Source: Ancylonema sp. (lineage: Eukaryota). From it: a DNA stretch of 64,000 bases. A model generated the notes under the pieces. It saw only the letters and a program-made list of their open reading frames with translations. It searched no databases and was not told where the DNA came from. Where the stretch lies: positions 62,001 to 126,000 of the forward strand of contig JBFLGF010000006.1 of the NCBI GenBank assembly GCA_050230475.1, read 5' to 3'. Below are positions 27,196-40,264 of the stretch, in pieces. Each line of letters starts with the position of its first letter. Positions within the stretch are counted from its first letter, which is position 1. The position numbers and the translations under genes were made by a program.

Positions 27196-27652
27196 TGTTA
27201 GAGGCGGATGCAAAAACGTCCCTAGCAAGCTAGTTGCAATGTGCACACAAGCAAGAGGATGGAAAAATGCCGGATAGGACAAGATGGCGTGAGCCGGATT
27301 GAATGGTTGTGGTCTAATAATAACTCAAGAATGAGTGCAAGTACATGAGTTGATAGGAATGCTCTAGAGGCAGTCCTATGGACTAGATATAGGAAAGTCG
27401 ACCCTCGTCGACTCTAGGATCAATGTGGGATAACTCACTCTGAATATGGTAATGACACATCAAGTCTGGCTAAAAGGCACAACTGCCTGAGCTAAGGACA
27501 CACCAGAATACTACCTAGACGGCCGCTAGGGACACAACTCTCACTATATAGGGACAGAACTCGCTATATGGAAAACTGAGCTAGTAGCGCTCTAGCGCTA
27601 AGTGTGGGGACTTCGCTAGGGAGCCGTAGTGACTATAGCGAGGGTCCTAACA
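27196..27652. mobile_element. Solo LTR (457 bp) with 5-bp TSD
   Basis: Ends TGTTAG...CTAACA, flanked on both sides by CATAC (27191-27195, 27653-27657). A related copy starts at 48175 and a weaker one lies at ~1520-1910. Confidence 0.85.
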
Positions 27653-28060
27653 CATACACCTCGAACAAATGCTAAGTTTCATGTACCATGAATATCTTTG
27701 GTTGATGTAGCGTCATGTTCACGGGCACTAAAAACCGAATGTATAACCGTTTCAGACGTAAACAAAACTTTGGTGTTCTTCCATAGTTTCCCGTAATTGG
27801 TAAATGTCCTCGAGATACCACACTTTAGCACGAGAGTTCACGCTCGTAGAACTACTCCACAAAGCCCCCCACGGCTGGCCAAGGAAACTCATCGAAGCCT
27901 ACCACTTTCGTGTGAAAGCCCACCATAGTGCAAACACAACAAGGGACACAAGCGATATCGCAATCTGCAAGCATGGGCTTCCTAATCGGTTAATGTCAAT
28001 CTAGAACCGGAGAGGATTAACACGAAAGATAAAAAACCCCCGAAAGTACCTCTTACGGCC

Positions 28061-28254
28061 TTACGGCTGTTAACCTTGATAGTCTGCACCAGACTATCTT
28101 GTTTGCTTTATAGTATTTTCACAGACTTTTGTACTATATACCATCTCTGTTAGCTCGCCCTCGGCGTTAAGTAGTGAATTTCACCAGACCGCTGAGACGT
28201 GTGATAGATATAATATTGATATCTCAGCATAGACTCAATCTGCAATCCTACTTC
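28061..28254 (+). repeat. Dispersed repeat family B fragment
   Basis: Near-identical to 47391-47582 and to the reverse complement of ~35640-35822. Confidence 0.8.
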
Positions 28255-28767
28255 AATCCGACCGCGGAAGACCTTGATTTTTTAATAAATAAAAGTATGT
28301 GACAACATTGTGACCATAAATTTTTTCTTGTATACTTACTTTGTCTTTGACTACTACTTCATTGACGATATACAATTTTATCTACTAACTCAATGATAGA
28401 CGTTTACAACCATGGTCATTGGGTCGAAAGAGCAACCAAGGCAGAGTATATGTTGAACAAAATGACTTCGGACTTTGGAGAAAGATCTTGTTTCCATGAC
28501 GACAGATCTGGGAAAAGAATTTCGATACTACAAGCTGGGACTCATTCAGAGTCAGATTGAGATTGAGGAATAAAACCAAATGGTACACCTATTACCACCT
28601 CATATGCGGGAACAAACATTGGCACACGTCCAGATGTTGCAAAAGTACAGGAAGCCGGAGTGGCAGGAGCACATCCCTCGCTATCTCACCATGCAGTTGC
28701 TTCAGGAAGAACAAGTATGGAAGGCAACCCTATCCTTCGCACGCTATGAGGAGCCTAAAACTGCAGC

Positions 28768-29498
28768 TTACAAGGATTTCAACGCATCGCTTTGCTCCGA
28801 AATAACCTTCGTGTGTTTCACCATGTACCTCGAACAAATGTTCTTGATTTCACTCGCACCATGTTCATCCGCGCGAATAACTAGCTGTATGACATTTTCC
28901 ACAGTCACAAACTGCGGTTGAAGTTGAATAATGTGGTTTTGCATTCCTTCCACGAGGTACTTCTCAGCTAGACCCCACAATTCGGTAGAATACTCGTCAA
29001 GAACGGATGGCGATATTTCATGCACATACAAGTACTCCACAAACGCCTCAACTGCTGACCCCAAAAAGTCGTCGATGGTGATCACGTGTGTTCTCGACTC
29101 CACCATATCGCCCACAAGCATTTTAGAAAACACCACGGACATTGTAATCTGTAAACATGCGATCACGAAGTAGTGATGGCCGGGTTTGGACTAGTTTGGA
29201 AATCTTAGCAGATGAGGCAAATCTATCATTCGCGAGTCACGTTGAAAAAGGCACAACGATTTCAAGAACACACTTTTCACATTCTCACTGAAGAGGCGCC
29301 TCGAATGATTGTATGTGTCTTGTTAAATACCAGTATTATCCGATGCGTCTTGATTTTCTCGCCACCGTCGGTAACTGTGGTCACGTCACTCGAGGTGCCT
29401 TCCTTGTAAGCCTTGCGCATGGCTTCGACGAGTGGGCTCTTTGGGGTCTTCATGAATGTCGCCAAAAGAGTCGGCAACGGACACTGTACGAGAGAGAC
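28768..29498 (-). CDS. BTB/POZ domain protein (SPOP/BPM-type BTB; 5' exon uncertain, C-terminus possibly shortened)
   Basis: Exons 29498-29331 (..SSDVTTVTDGGEKIKTHRIIL) and 29148-28768 (ITMSVVFSKML..MVES..ITIDDF..AVEAFVEYLY..LWGLAEKYLV). A possible first exon is 29671-29588. Confidence 0.8.
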
Positions 29499-30025
29499 CT
29501 GCGAATACATGTTGATATGCTACACATGTCATGGGGAGGTGGGGGTGGTCAACGAGATTTGTATTTGAGTTACATTTACGTGCCTACATGCCTTCGTTTG
29601 GGCGTGCGAAGCGGTGTGAAATGATATAACGGCGGCCATAGGATCGTCTCATTGTCTCCTTTTCTTGACATATGATAACTTAAGAGACGTTCGTGGATGA
29701 TTATGACTAGGAAGGAGAGCTGTGGAATACGCTTTGACTATAATTATCACGTCAGGTACGTTCCAACAAAATGAAACTCAATGCTAAAGGTACGTGATGA
29801 ACATCCTGGTTTGAAAATAGGTCATTACTTGGCATCTGCAGTCTTGAAGCAACCCCTTGGCGAGGTCGTACCTGTGTCCTGCATTCGGACACGGTTCGCG
29901 TCTGAAAGGCGGACACGGAAGAAGTGCCGCGTTTGGACACGTAGACACGGTTACCGCATGATGCGGGCCGCATCCGTGCGACAATCTACCGAATGCCGGA
30001 CTGGTCAGAAACGAATGGTCGGAAA

Positions 30026-30569
30026 CATAGTTGGTCCCGCCCCGAGCGGGGAATTTCCAGCCCGGGGCGCCGCCCGGGGCTATCCCGCCCGGGGCGAAAA
30101 TCGGGGCGGGATTAGCGGGGCGGGGCCATAGGCCAAAATACCAAAAATAAAAAAATGCCGCAATGCGGAGATATGGTTGGTTTTGTCAAAAATTGACTTC
30201 TTGCACAATGTGCACCATACGCCACAGTTCCGACATCATCTAATGTCACCCATGAGTCCGACTCCGTGGCGTGGTGTGGTATAATTCGATTATATATTAA
30301 AAAAAAAAAAAAACTTGAGATATACAAAATAATATTACACGGGTAAAGATGGCAGGCGTACTTAGTGTTATAAAATATTGAATAATTGTCAAATTTGACT
30401 TTTAAAAAGATGTACATGATCTACGTGGTCTTGGGGTCCTTTTATAAAAAATCTAAAAAAACTCTATGGCCCCGCCCCGGGCGGGGAATATCCCGCCCGG
30501 AGCGCCGCTCGGGGCGGGCCCGCTAGGGGCGAAACGTGGGGCGAGATTTTCGGGGCGGGGCCACCTATG
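30026..30569. mobile_element. Non-autonomous hAT element (family C)
   Basis: TIR CATAGTTGGTCCCGCCCC / GGGGCGGGGCCACCTATG. Perfect 8-bp TSD GTCGGAAA (30018-30025, 30570-30577). Confidence 0.88.
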
Positions 30570-32903
30570 GTCGGAAACGTTCGGTGCCAATCGAGCTCAC
30601 GAAAAAATGAAGCTTTGTTCGCTGTTCCGAACTAGCAGGGCGCAGGGATGAAGTCCGCCCGTCAGCGGGCTGGGCGGCGATTGGGCGGTATTATCAATTA
30701 TCGCGGGCGGGAGTTCCCTGAACGCTGTTGCTCACGCAATACCACTTTTTGTAGTGTTGAAAAAAAATGGTTGCTTCCGGGTTAAAAAAAATAGTGATAT
30801 TTTTTTTGGAAGCCCATTACGGCAGCACTGCATGCTGTTCGGCGGAATTAAACGATGCACAATCGTAAGATTCGAATTCAAAAAAAAAACCTCATTGAAA
30901 AAAACCTCGTTGAAAAAGAAAAGAAACAACCTCGTTGAATGTTGAATGTTGAACCTCGTTGAAATTGAATACGAAAAATAGTATGACGAACGAGTCCACA
31001 CGAGCTTGCCACGTACATACATGATTTTTTTTTAACGCTTTTTCATGACGACGCAAACCGGGTAGATTATATCCACGGAGTGAGTATTGACGGCTCAATA
31101 CGCCTTGACAAACAACTACAATATCTTGTGGATCTTCGAACGATGGTTACAATAAAGCAAACAAACTTCTTAAGGTTATGGGAGGACTGTCCGGCTCTAA
31201 TTATAGTTGGAGAGAATCCGTTCAAAGATAGTAGGAAGGTGTGGACCGAAAACACGGCAAACTGGCATTGCTAGCTATTATTCTAAAATAATTAGCCATA
31301 AAAACCTAAAATAATCCTACGAATTCTTTATGACCACAGTTGTTTTCCAACCGCCATTAAACCGTTCCGACCGCCGTTCAACCGCGAAACCGTTGTCCCA
31401 CCGCCCGATCGCGGTGGGAGCAGTTGGACGGTCGGACGGCGGTCGCACGGTTCACACGTGAGGAGAGTGCTTCGTACAATACGGCTGGACAACCGGCGGT
31501 CGGCAATTGGCGGCTGGTGGCTGGGCCCCGAACTTCTCAGAAGTTCGAATCACCGCTGCGAACTGCTCTTGTATTTGTACAAAACTCGATACAAACTTCT
31601 TTCTGCTGCAAAAACGTTACTATATCGAGGTGAGACTCCCGCGCTTCTCGCCTCCTACAAATGCAGAACCTCGGAACACCCGGAACTTTCGTTCTGGGGG
31701 CTTCGTGCCGTCTGAAGGGCGGGGGATGACGACATTCGTTATGTGCTCTCGAACCTGTTGAAGCGAGAAAGAGGCGGAGTCCTTGGGGTTTGTAGCTACT
31801 CCTGCGGAAAGCAGGCCGCAAGCACAAATAGCTAATTATAACCACACATGTTTGTACAACGTCATGTTTGAGGGGCAGACAGTCTACCAGGCTGTAAGTC
31901 GGAGGCGAATTTTCTGCTGGTGACTGCAAAAGGCCAAAAGGCCAAAATGTCAGAGGATATCCTCGTAGCCGAAGTGCACTCAGTCGATCTGCCGATGCAC
32001 AACGCCGGGGACATATTTGGATCGCAAACTGTCACATAATTTTGTGCTGCATACAGCGACTGGTACATGCTCCGGCAGAGTTACTGATAAGGATCATGAG
32101 GGTCGATTCTGGAGACCAGAGATTACAAAGTATTGATGTGCTGTGTCCCAAGAATCTTCTGATCTTGTTCATGACTGGCGAAAAGTAATGAGTTTCGCTG
32201 TGAACGTTACCTACACCCTCAAGATTGATTTCAGATACCCACAGTGTATATTTCTTCGCAGGTCACCCCATTCCAAACTTTTAAATCGCGAATTTTATAC
32301 TTGATTCTAACTCTAAACGATATGCCACAAAGGGAGAGAGATCGAAGGTGTTTTCTTTGTGGTAATCATCTTCTGTGTAGGAGAATGAGAATCTCACGTC
32401 GCGTGTCTCAAGGCGACTTCGATATTTCTCTCACCAAGACGAGTTTCAGTTTTGGTGATGGCCATGTCACCCACCTATCGTACTTCATAATTCTTCGCAA
32501 CGAGGACTCACCACACAACGACTGAGGCATATATAGTGGGCGCGTGCTTGAAGAAAGAATACCACACGAGACCACACTACAGCTTTAATACTACCATAAA
32601 TACAAGAAGAAAAAAACTCTTCAGGATCTTGGGGAAATATGAAGTTCGGAAACTGGAGATTGTATATTTTAATGAGTCGGAATTTCTAACTTGTATTCCT
32701 TATAGCATATCCACGTACTCATGAAGTACAACGAGGCTCAAGGTTTGCCAATGCAAGTTTCGTTCAAATTAATGCAAATTGGATTTAAAGTGCATGTATC
32801 TGCAATCAACATTTTTGAATTGTGGGATTGCTAGACACGTGCACGCGTCCATGTGTCTCCATGTGTAATTTTCGGTTATCATTACTGACGATCGGAGTGT
32901 TTT

Positions 32904-33077
32904 TTTGGCATGGAAGGTAAGGTTGGCACACAACTTTCTTGGAAGCCGGAGGACTCGACCACCGAATCAAAACCAACGATGGCTACTCTGTTGGACCCAA
33001 GCAAGGGATACTTGAAAGAGAATAAGCTCACGTTTAAAGTGTACTTTGCTGTGATTTGTTCGGAGACTCTGTCTTGA
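32904..33077 (+). other. Possible MATH/TRAF-domain C-terminal exon or remnant
   Basis: Reads ..KPTMATLLDPSKGYLKENKLTFKVYFAVICSETLS*, resembling the LLDPxxGYLxxDxLxxxV end of MATH domains. Upstream exons are not resolved. Confidence 0.4.
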
Positions 33078-33639
33078 TGTGTGAAGGTCCATATAGTTTT
33101 GTTTCAAGACATTCCCATCGTATTTCTTTCACCATGGTTTGTTATCATTTTTTTGTAACTTACGATGATGGGCGTTTCCAATTAGAAAATGCATTCGTAA
33201 AATCCACGTGTATCCACGTAAAGTCCACGTAAAATATATGAAATGGGTTTAAATATGTGTTGCCCTCCTTACATTCACATATCCCCATTTTAGGTCACCT
33301 GTTGATTTTGTACGTTTGCAGATTCCTTACTCACCTTTGTCTACGTTCATATGGAGATGTCCTCCAAAGCAAACCGAGTCATCGTCACCAACCTTGCCTC
33401 GTATCGCTGTGAGATAACTAGGATGCTACATCTCCTTGTGATCTAAACAAGAATCTCGCATTGCGAAGTTACCCATGTATATCAATATTAGAACGGAACG
33501 ACATGTGTGTATAGGAAGTATGTCGCTTTGTATCCCGTATATTGCGCTTGTTTGTCAGCACGTGTGTTTACAAACTTGGTGTGAAGATTTATGTGCCATC
33601 TTCCGAGTAACAAGCATGATTTCGTGGGTTCATTTCCAG

Positions 33640-34509
33640 GTTCCACAATTCGAAGAGCTCGTTGTAACAAAGAATCCCTTTATGACTACCATACAAAAGT
33701 TTGTTGAGGACAAAATATTAACAGACATTATTGTCAAAACGGATGGCAAAGACGTCTATGCTCACAAGCTAGTACTGGTGAGTTGTGTTCTTTCTTTGGT
33801 ACAAATGTCAGATTTGTAAAATTCTTTTCTTTAGCGTGAACCTAGTACCTTGCATATATTAACGTGTAGGTATATAGTCCGAACAGAATAGGAAATCTAG
33901 CCAAGACCTAGGATACAATATGAAACAGTGAAGCTCCATGCCACTCTTCAATATTCTCGGCGCCACGCAATCAAACTAAATATGCCACAAAAGCTCATTT
34001 GCATTGCCAAGTAAAGAAAATAATCTCGTTTTTCGTGTTCTAGAAGTCCATATCCATGATTTTGTTTTGTACAGATGGTGATGTCGCCCGTCTTCCACAA
34101 GATGTTCGAGGCAGGCATGGTGGAAAGCTCCAATTGTTCAGTCACAATCACCGACTTCCCCGAGCTAGCTGTGGAGGCATTTGTGCTTTTCTTCTACTAC
34201 TTTGATGTTCCACGAAAGGCGCTCGACGAGTTCTTTGTTGAGCTGTGGGCGCTCGTAGACAAGTACGAAGTGAATTGTCTCAAGCAGTTCATCATCAAAC
34301 GTCTTGAGTACTATGTGACCGCTGAGAATGTGGTGGATATTCTTGATCGTGCTGAGAAGTACAACGCCATGGACGTCAAAAGCTTTTGCCTTATATATTT
34401 TTCAAAGAACGTAAAACTAGTGGGGAAGAAGAAGAGAAAGAACTATGAAACTCTCCCTCACCACATCTTGGCTGAACTTCTGAACTCCCTCAATGAGGAT
34501 GAGGCTTGA
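33640..34509 (+). CDS. BTB/POZ domain protein (5' exon uncertain)
   Basis: Exons 33640-33777 (..LTDIIVKTDGKDVYAHKLVL|gtgagt) and 34075-34509 (MVMSPVFHKMFEAGMVES..ITDF..AVEAFVLFFY..LWALVDKYEV). The intron position matches the minus-strand paralog. Confidence 0.85.
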
Positions 34510-35418
34510 AACGTCGAAAGAGAGCATGCTTATTTTATCCCGCATGGGACTGGAACAAAGTGAACCGGCTTCCGTTGGATGTGCGTAGTTTATGTTTTAT
34601 GTTAAATCCCGGCACTCATGTACCTATGTACATGCGGTGCAGCGTACACGTCATTGTAGAAGTTGTGCAACCACCACTGCTGGTTGCACTTGTTATAGCC
34701 CGAGGTGGAGGCGATTGGGGTTGGAGAAAGCAAAGTCCGTTATTTTACATCAAACGTCGTGTCGGACTCGAGAGAAAGGGTGTATGGTTTGTGCAATATT
34801 GCACTATCATGTGGTCCGTGATGTGTCCAGTGTGCAGCAATTCAGAAATGAAGTTCAATGAACCTTCATGCGTGTGTACCATGTATACTTATGCAAATCG
34901 TTGAATAACGTCTTTGTGGATTCTTCCACAGTTAAGGTCTTGCTTACGTACGCTGCCTACGGGGGAAGCATTCGGCATTATTATAACATGACCCACGCAT
35001 TGAATGACCCACCCTTTCACCAATTAGTTTCACCTAATGAACCACCCTTCTCCGAATTACTGCCGGGTCATTATCTTTGAAGAAACTGGCAATATCACGC
35101 AGCACAAGTCCCGATGACACTTTTGTGTCGGGACCATTGACATTAACAGCCAGTAGCGTCTGCCAAGCAAAATTTTGGGGTCCGGTTCCTTAGCGCAATT
35201 CGAATGGACGTTGACATTTGCAGCAGTAGATGATGCCTTTTCGCACACCTGACACATGATTTAGACTCATATGGAAACGACATGCTCGATTTGATGATAC
35301 GTAACATGGCCGACATTGTGGTAGTGTTAATACAAACTTGCCCAATGAATTCATTATACGACAATGACACAAGTGTTGAAACCCATGAAGTCGTTTAGAC
35401 TTGTCGATGCGTGAATAC

Positions 35419-36150
35419 GTGACGTGCGGTTTGCAGTCGGCCGCCCGGAATGATGTTCTTAACTTGTACTTGTCTTTGAATTGAGTTTGTCTCACTTGTT
35501 GTTCTCACAGCTTCTTCTGAAGGTATTGTTTTCTAAGTTCTGGATGTTGATCATATCTTCATAAAGTCACAATCTGGTATCGATGAATGTTGGTCATATC
35601 TCATAATGTCACAATATGGTATTGTACTGCTCTCACTAAGTAGTATTGTAAATTGAGTCTCTGCTAAGATATCAATATTATATATATCTCAGCGGTCCGG
35701 TGAAATTCACTACTTAACGTTGAGGGCAAGCTAACATATGGTTTACAGTATAAAAGTCAAGGAAAATACTATAAAACAAACAAGATGGTTTGGTGCAGAC
35801 TATCAAGGTTAATAGCCGTAAGAGTTACTTTCGGTGTGAAAGTAAAGTATCGACGGCGCGTCGATAAAAGATGTTGACTCAGAAAGAGCGTCAGCAAACA
35901 GATGTAAACAACAGATGCTGGCTCGGAGCGAGCGACAACAAACACACACACACAAATGAACGTGCCCGTTCGGAGCGACATGGGCAAATCGACAGATGTT
36001 TCACACACACACACACGCACGCTTTCTTTCTCAGAGAAAGCGTCAGCGAATCGATGTAAGAAATTACAGTCGATAACAAGGCTGGCTCAGAAAGAGCGCC
36101 AGCAACAGATTCAGATGAATCACAAGGACACACACACACACACACAGATT
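35419..36150 (-). repeat. Dispersed repeat family B copy (possibly LTR-derived)
   Basis: Reverse complement of ~47117-47778, including (CA)n tracts and the terminal gggcggccgact..cgtcac motif. Confidence 0.75.
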
Positions 36151-37351
36151 GCAAAAAATGATTTGCAGAACTTACCGTCTGGTTGACGGGTGTCAGGCTG
36201 AGACGAAAGACGAGCACTTTGCGAAATCGCGCAAGCGAAGGGATGCAATATTCACAGAATCGCAAGGATTTAGATAACACAAGAGATTGTTGGAAGGGAT
36301 TTCTTAACAGCGCAATCTGACAGCGGAAGCTGGCAGATCTGAAAGTACAATTGACTTTTATCACAAAAGTTGTTGCGCGGTGCTAACCGACATAGTTAAC
36401 TAGAGTTAAGCTATCGAAGATAGCGACAAGCTGGCTTCTAGAACATTTCAATTAATCTCGACGCTACGATGAAACGGCGTGAGATATTACTCTAGTTCTA
36501 CAACTTGATTTTATCGCCGGGATTATCGACAAGTCGAAAGTGACTTGCGATTTTAACAAAAATCGACACGCAGCTATTTGTTGAAACTGCTGGATTCTAG
36601 ACTTCGGAAAATACGCCACGCGTTAATTTCGAGTCGTACAAATTTCGTACTTCACTATTTTTATAGTAAAGTACGAATTCTAAAAATCGTTATATCGAAT
36701 ACTCTCGTTATAGAGGAGTATTAATCTAGAGATGTTTATGATCAATCTAGAGGGATTTCTGCCTTAGCGATCTCCAGCTTCATGACACACGTGCATATTA
36801 CTTTCTACTTGTGGATGTACTAGAAGTTAAAGGTGTCACCTTAACAGGGTATTGGAAGTCGATGCGGAGATCTCGTAGCACCTATTGGTCTTTCAGGAAA
36901 AAGTTGAAAATCAATCTTTGTTGACCGCACGTATCAAAACTTGTATTTTTGGAGTTGGTATCTCGTCCGTTGACCAGGAAAATATTGTAGTTTGGGAGTG
37001 TTGGTAAACATTGAGGGAAAAGACAAGGAAGTCGGGAAAGATGTCGGTTATTGGAGTCGAAGAGATCGCGTTGGTACTAAAACATCATTTCATGATTGTA
37101 TTGTTGATTTTTGCTGAACTTACTTATGCCCCACATAAGCAATTTTATATTACCATTATAATTTCTTATTCACCACATTCGCAAAAGAACATGGTCGTTA
37201 ACCGGCAATAGCGGTCCTATTAATTTCGCACTTCACAAACTAAAGTACGATATCCTAGCTCGTGCCACGCCCTTTATTGCGCCAAATTCATCACAACTTC
37301 ATATGGCGAAATGTATGGCATGCTGAAATAATTTTGAGACACTAGTACAAT

Positions 37352-38278
37352 CATAGTTGCACGAACCGGCTGCTTTTTTTTTTAAAAACCGGTTCCGAGA
37401 TGGAACCGTTTCGGAACCGGACGAACCGGGACATTTTAGGGTTTTATTCCTTCCCGCGGTAGAACATTTTTCCCCTCCCAAAAACGTACGCGGGGGAAAT
37501 AAATCATTGTAAATGTTCATGTTGGTGACTCCACGTCACTTTGAAACGCTAAAATTGTGAAATATTTCATCACAAAAATATGGCGCGGCCAGTGTTTGTT
37601 TAAATTTGCCTTATTTCGCGCCATGGCAAGACGTGGTGCATATTCATTGGCAGAAAACAGCACGCGACCTTCCACAATTAAAATCTTTGGAGAAGCAAGG
37701 GACGTGAAAGGTAGTAGAATTGAGTTGGAAGAGAGTGGTTATAAATGGAGTGCCGCAGCTTTGAGCATACGATTGAAAAGAAAAAAGACATGGAATGTTA
37801 AATCAAATGTCAAGTGGAAATACAAAACGGGTGACAACATCATGTCGCAACATTTTCACATGGAATTAAAACACGGCATGGGACTGAGGAAACATATATG
37901 GAATGGATGTTATTTGATAATTCAAAAAAGAGTGAAACTGGTTATATAACTACTTTTACATAAATAGCAAGAAAGTGTGCAGAGAAGAGAGCAAAACAAA
38001 GAAATGCACCAAAAGCAAGTGGATACACTCATGAGAAAAAATCGTTTTGAGTTTGTTTACAATGTGTATCATTTGTTTGACATTTTTTTTTGGATAGACC
38101 ATGAAGTGGTTCACAAAAAAAAACTATTTGTCGATTTTTTCCGAGCCATATAGCCCGTCAAAATGCCGTTGAAGTGAAAAAACCCTAATGCCCGCGGTTC
38201 CGAACCGCGGCATTTTTTGTCGGAACCGGTTCCATCTAAGCTCCGGGCCGGAAACGGTTCGGAGTTCGTGCAACTATG
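37352..38278. mobile_element. Non-autonomous hAT element (family A, ~930 bp)
   Basis: 15-bp TIR CATAGTTGCACGAAC. 8-bp TSD AGTACAAT/AGTACAAA (7 of 8 match). Inverted homolog at 49518-50464. Confidence 0.88.
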
Positions 38279-39267
38279 AGTACAAAAACATCTTAGAGTC
38301 GAAAGATGCATGCTCTCGACCAATGTTTGCCTAACCCCGCTTCTGTGAAGTAGTACTCTACTCCGAGATTGCTTGCGTCACACTGTATGCATTACGTTGT
38401 CGTGGTTTTGCGGTGCTCCATGCAATCATTTCGAGTCGAGGGTGAACTCGAGCAGTGGGGCACTTAACTAAGATGTGATGCATAATACAAGTCTTATTCA
38501 CATATACTAGAAAACTTAGGCAAATGAAAACTATCACACAATATTACGCACCTCATATCGTGTGTCGTTTTCGGTATATCCAACCCCACCCCTTCGTTCC
38601 TCGCGAATTGGACCGGATATGGATAGCTTCGGGGCGAGTGTGCAATATTCCCAGACTGTCCGGTGCCAAATGTAGTTGTTGTAGAGTTACGCAGATTGGC
38701 AGACCGAGGTTCGGAGGTCTCGATTCCGGTCGTTTTAGGCCACATATTCGGACCGGCAGTAGGATACTTTTGGTTTTTATTTCGGGATTTTGATTGGATT
38801 ATCGTGGCCAAAAAATACGACGAGAAATATACGACTCTTGAGCCATTTTGTCTTGTGCATTGTGCAAAAATGTCTAGGAAAAAATGCACACCCTAAAGAT
38901 GGTAATTTCAACCCGACATGTTCATTTTTCACCAAAAGTTGTCCGGCAAGATAACAACCCTACAAGGTGTTGTCCGACCGAGTGCTGATTCCCGACCCGG
39001 AGTGACAGCAGTACGAAAATAAAATGGTGTCAGTCCGTGCAACTATGAGGTCTTGTGAGCATACTTGCGCTCCAACCCGATTCTATCACGCTCTAGATCA
39101 AGTGTGATCCGGACCACGTTGGATTAAAAAAAAAAGCAATCGAATTGGGTCTGGATCGGCACCCCTCCCCCCAAATATAATGGGTGGGGGGGGGGGGGGG
39201 GGGTAAGTCATACATCACATGTTGTGTTATGTTTTTATAAACATCTTGTACTAACGAAGAAGCAACA

Positions 39268-39321
39268 CAGCAAAACAAAAGAAAAACAAAATCAAAGACA
39301 AAACAAAACAAAAAAAAAACA

Positions 39322-39364
<43 letters not shown>

Positions 39365-39415
39365 AAACAAACAATAATAATAAAAAAAGCAAAACAAAGA
39401 AAGAAAAACGAAAAT
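39268..39415 (+). repeat. A-rich low-complexity tract
   Basis: Long poly-A and CAAAA runs. Confidence 0.8.
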
Positions 39416-40264
39416 TATGACAACCACCAACGATCAACCACACCATCTTTTCAAGTCCTAGGGCCCCATAGCCCCATGGCCCCTTAGTCCCGAAGCCCGA
39501 TGGCCCCATTGCACATTGCACATTGAGCTTAACCAATTCTCATATTGGGAAGGGCTAACACTATGTCACACTGACACCTACTAAAATACAATGTACATTG
39601 CTTCAAATTTGCGAGTCAAACAATGATAATATGCCAGCCATGAGTGGGTAGTCCCATATGCAAAGTGTAACTTATTTCATGGCAACTTGAACTTTGCAAA
39701 TGACTTTCCTACTTTACTACAATCCCCAATGGTATATACTCCAATACAAGTGAGCTACCCTGGTGACTTGTGAATGTGATATGACTTCTCAAATCATGGT
39801 CGGGAAAACACAGACTAGAAAACTACTAGTGCGTCAAACAATGAAGATACCACACATTGAATGACTTTGCGGAAATACAATCAGTACAAAATACAAGCTT
39901 TGTATATTTATTAGCCCTAGTCATCAAAATTGGAACACATAGAAAACCTTAATTTAATTGAATCCAACATCCACCACTGACATGAATCTGCGTTTGAAAC
40001 CTTGCAGTTTAGCGCATGCTTTCCTCTTTGCCCTATCACACAACAAAATGAACTTGATCTAGTTATGCCCATGTCCCAACGTGTGCTCCGTCCATTTCGG
40101 CACCTTGGCCCTCCCTCTCCTCTTTTTCTTCGAATCTAGAACTGAGGCATCAATAAGGCAAAAAAAGTAAAATCTCCTTGAGTTGATGGTGATAGTCTTT
40201 CCTAGCTTACACTACACCCAGTATTTACACAACTTGTTCTTTAACCTTAAACACTTCCACAAAC

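Noticed and set aside
37557..37949. 130-aa ORF inside hAT family A as a transposase
   Set aside because: It has no DDE or dimerisation motifs, and the frame is not maintained in the copy at 49518-50464.
39093..39536. Poly-Phe and poly-Lys ORFs
   Set aside because: They are translations of an A-rich low-complexity tract.
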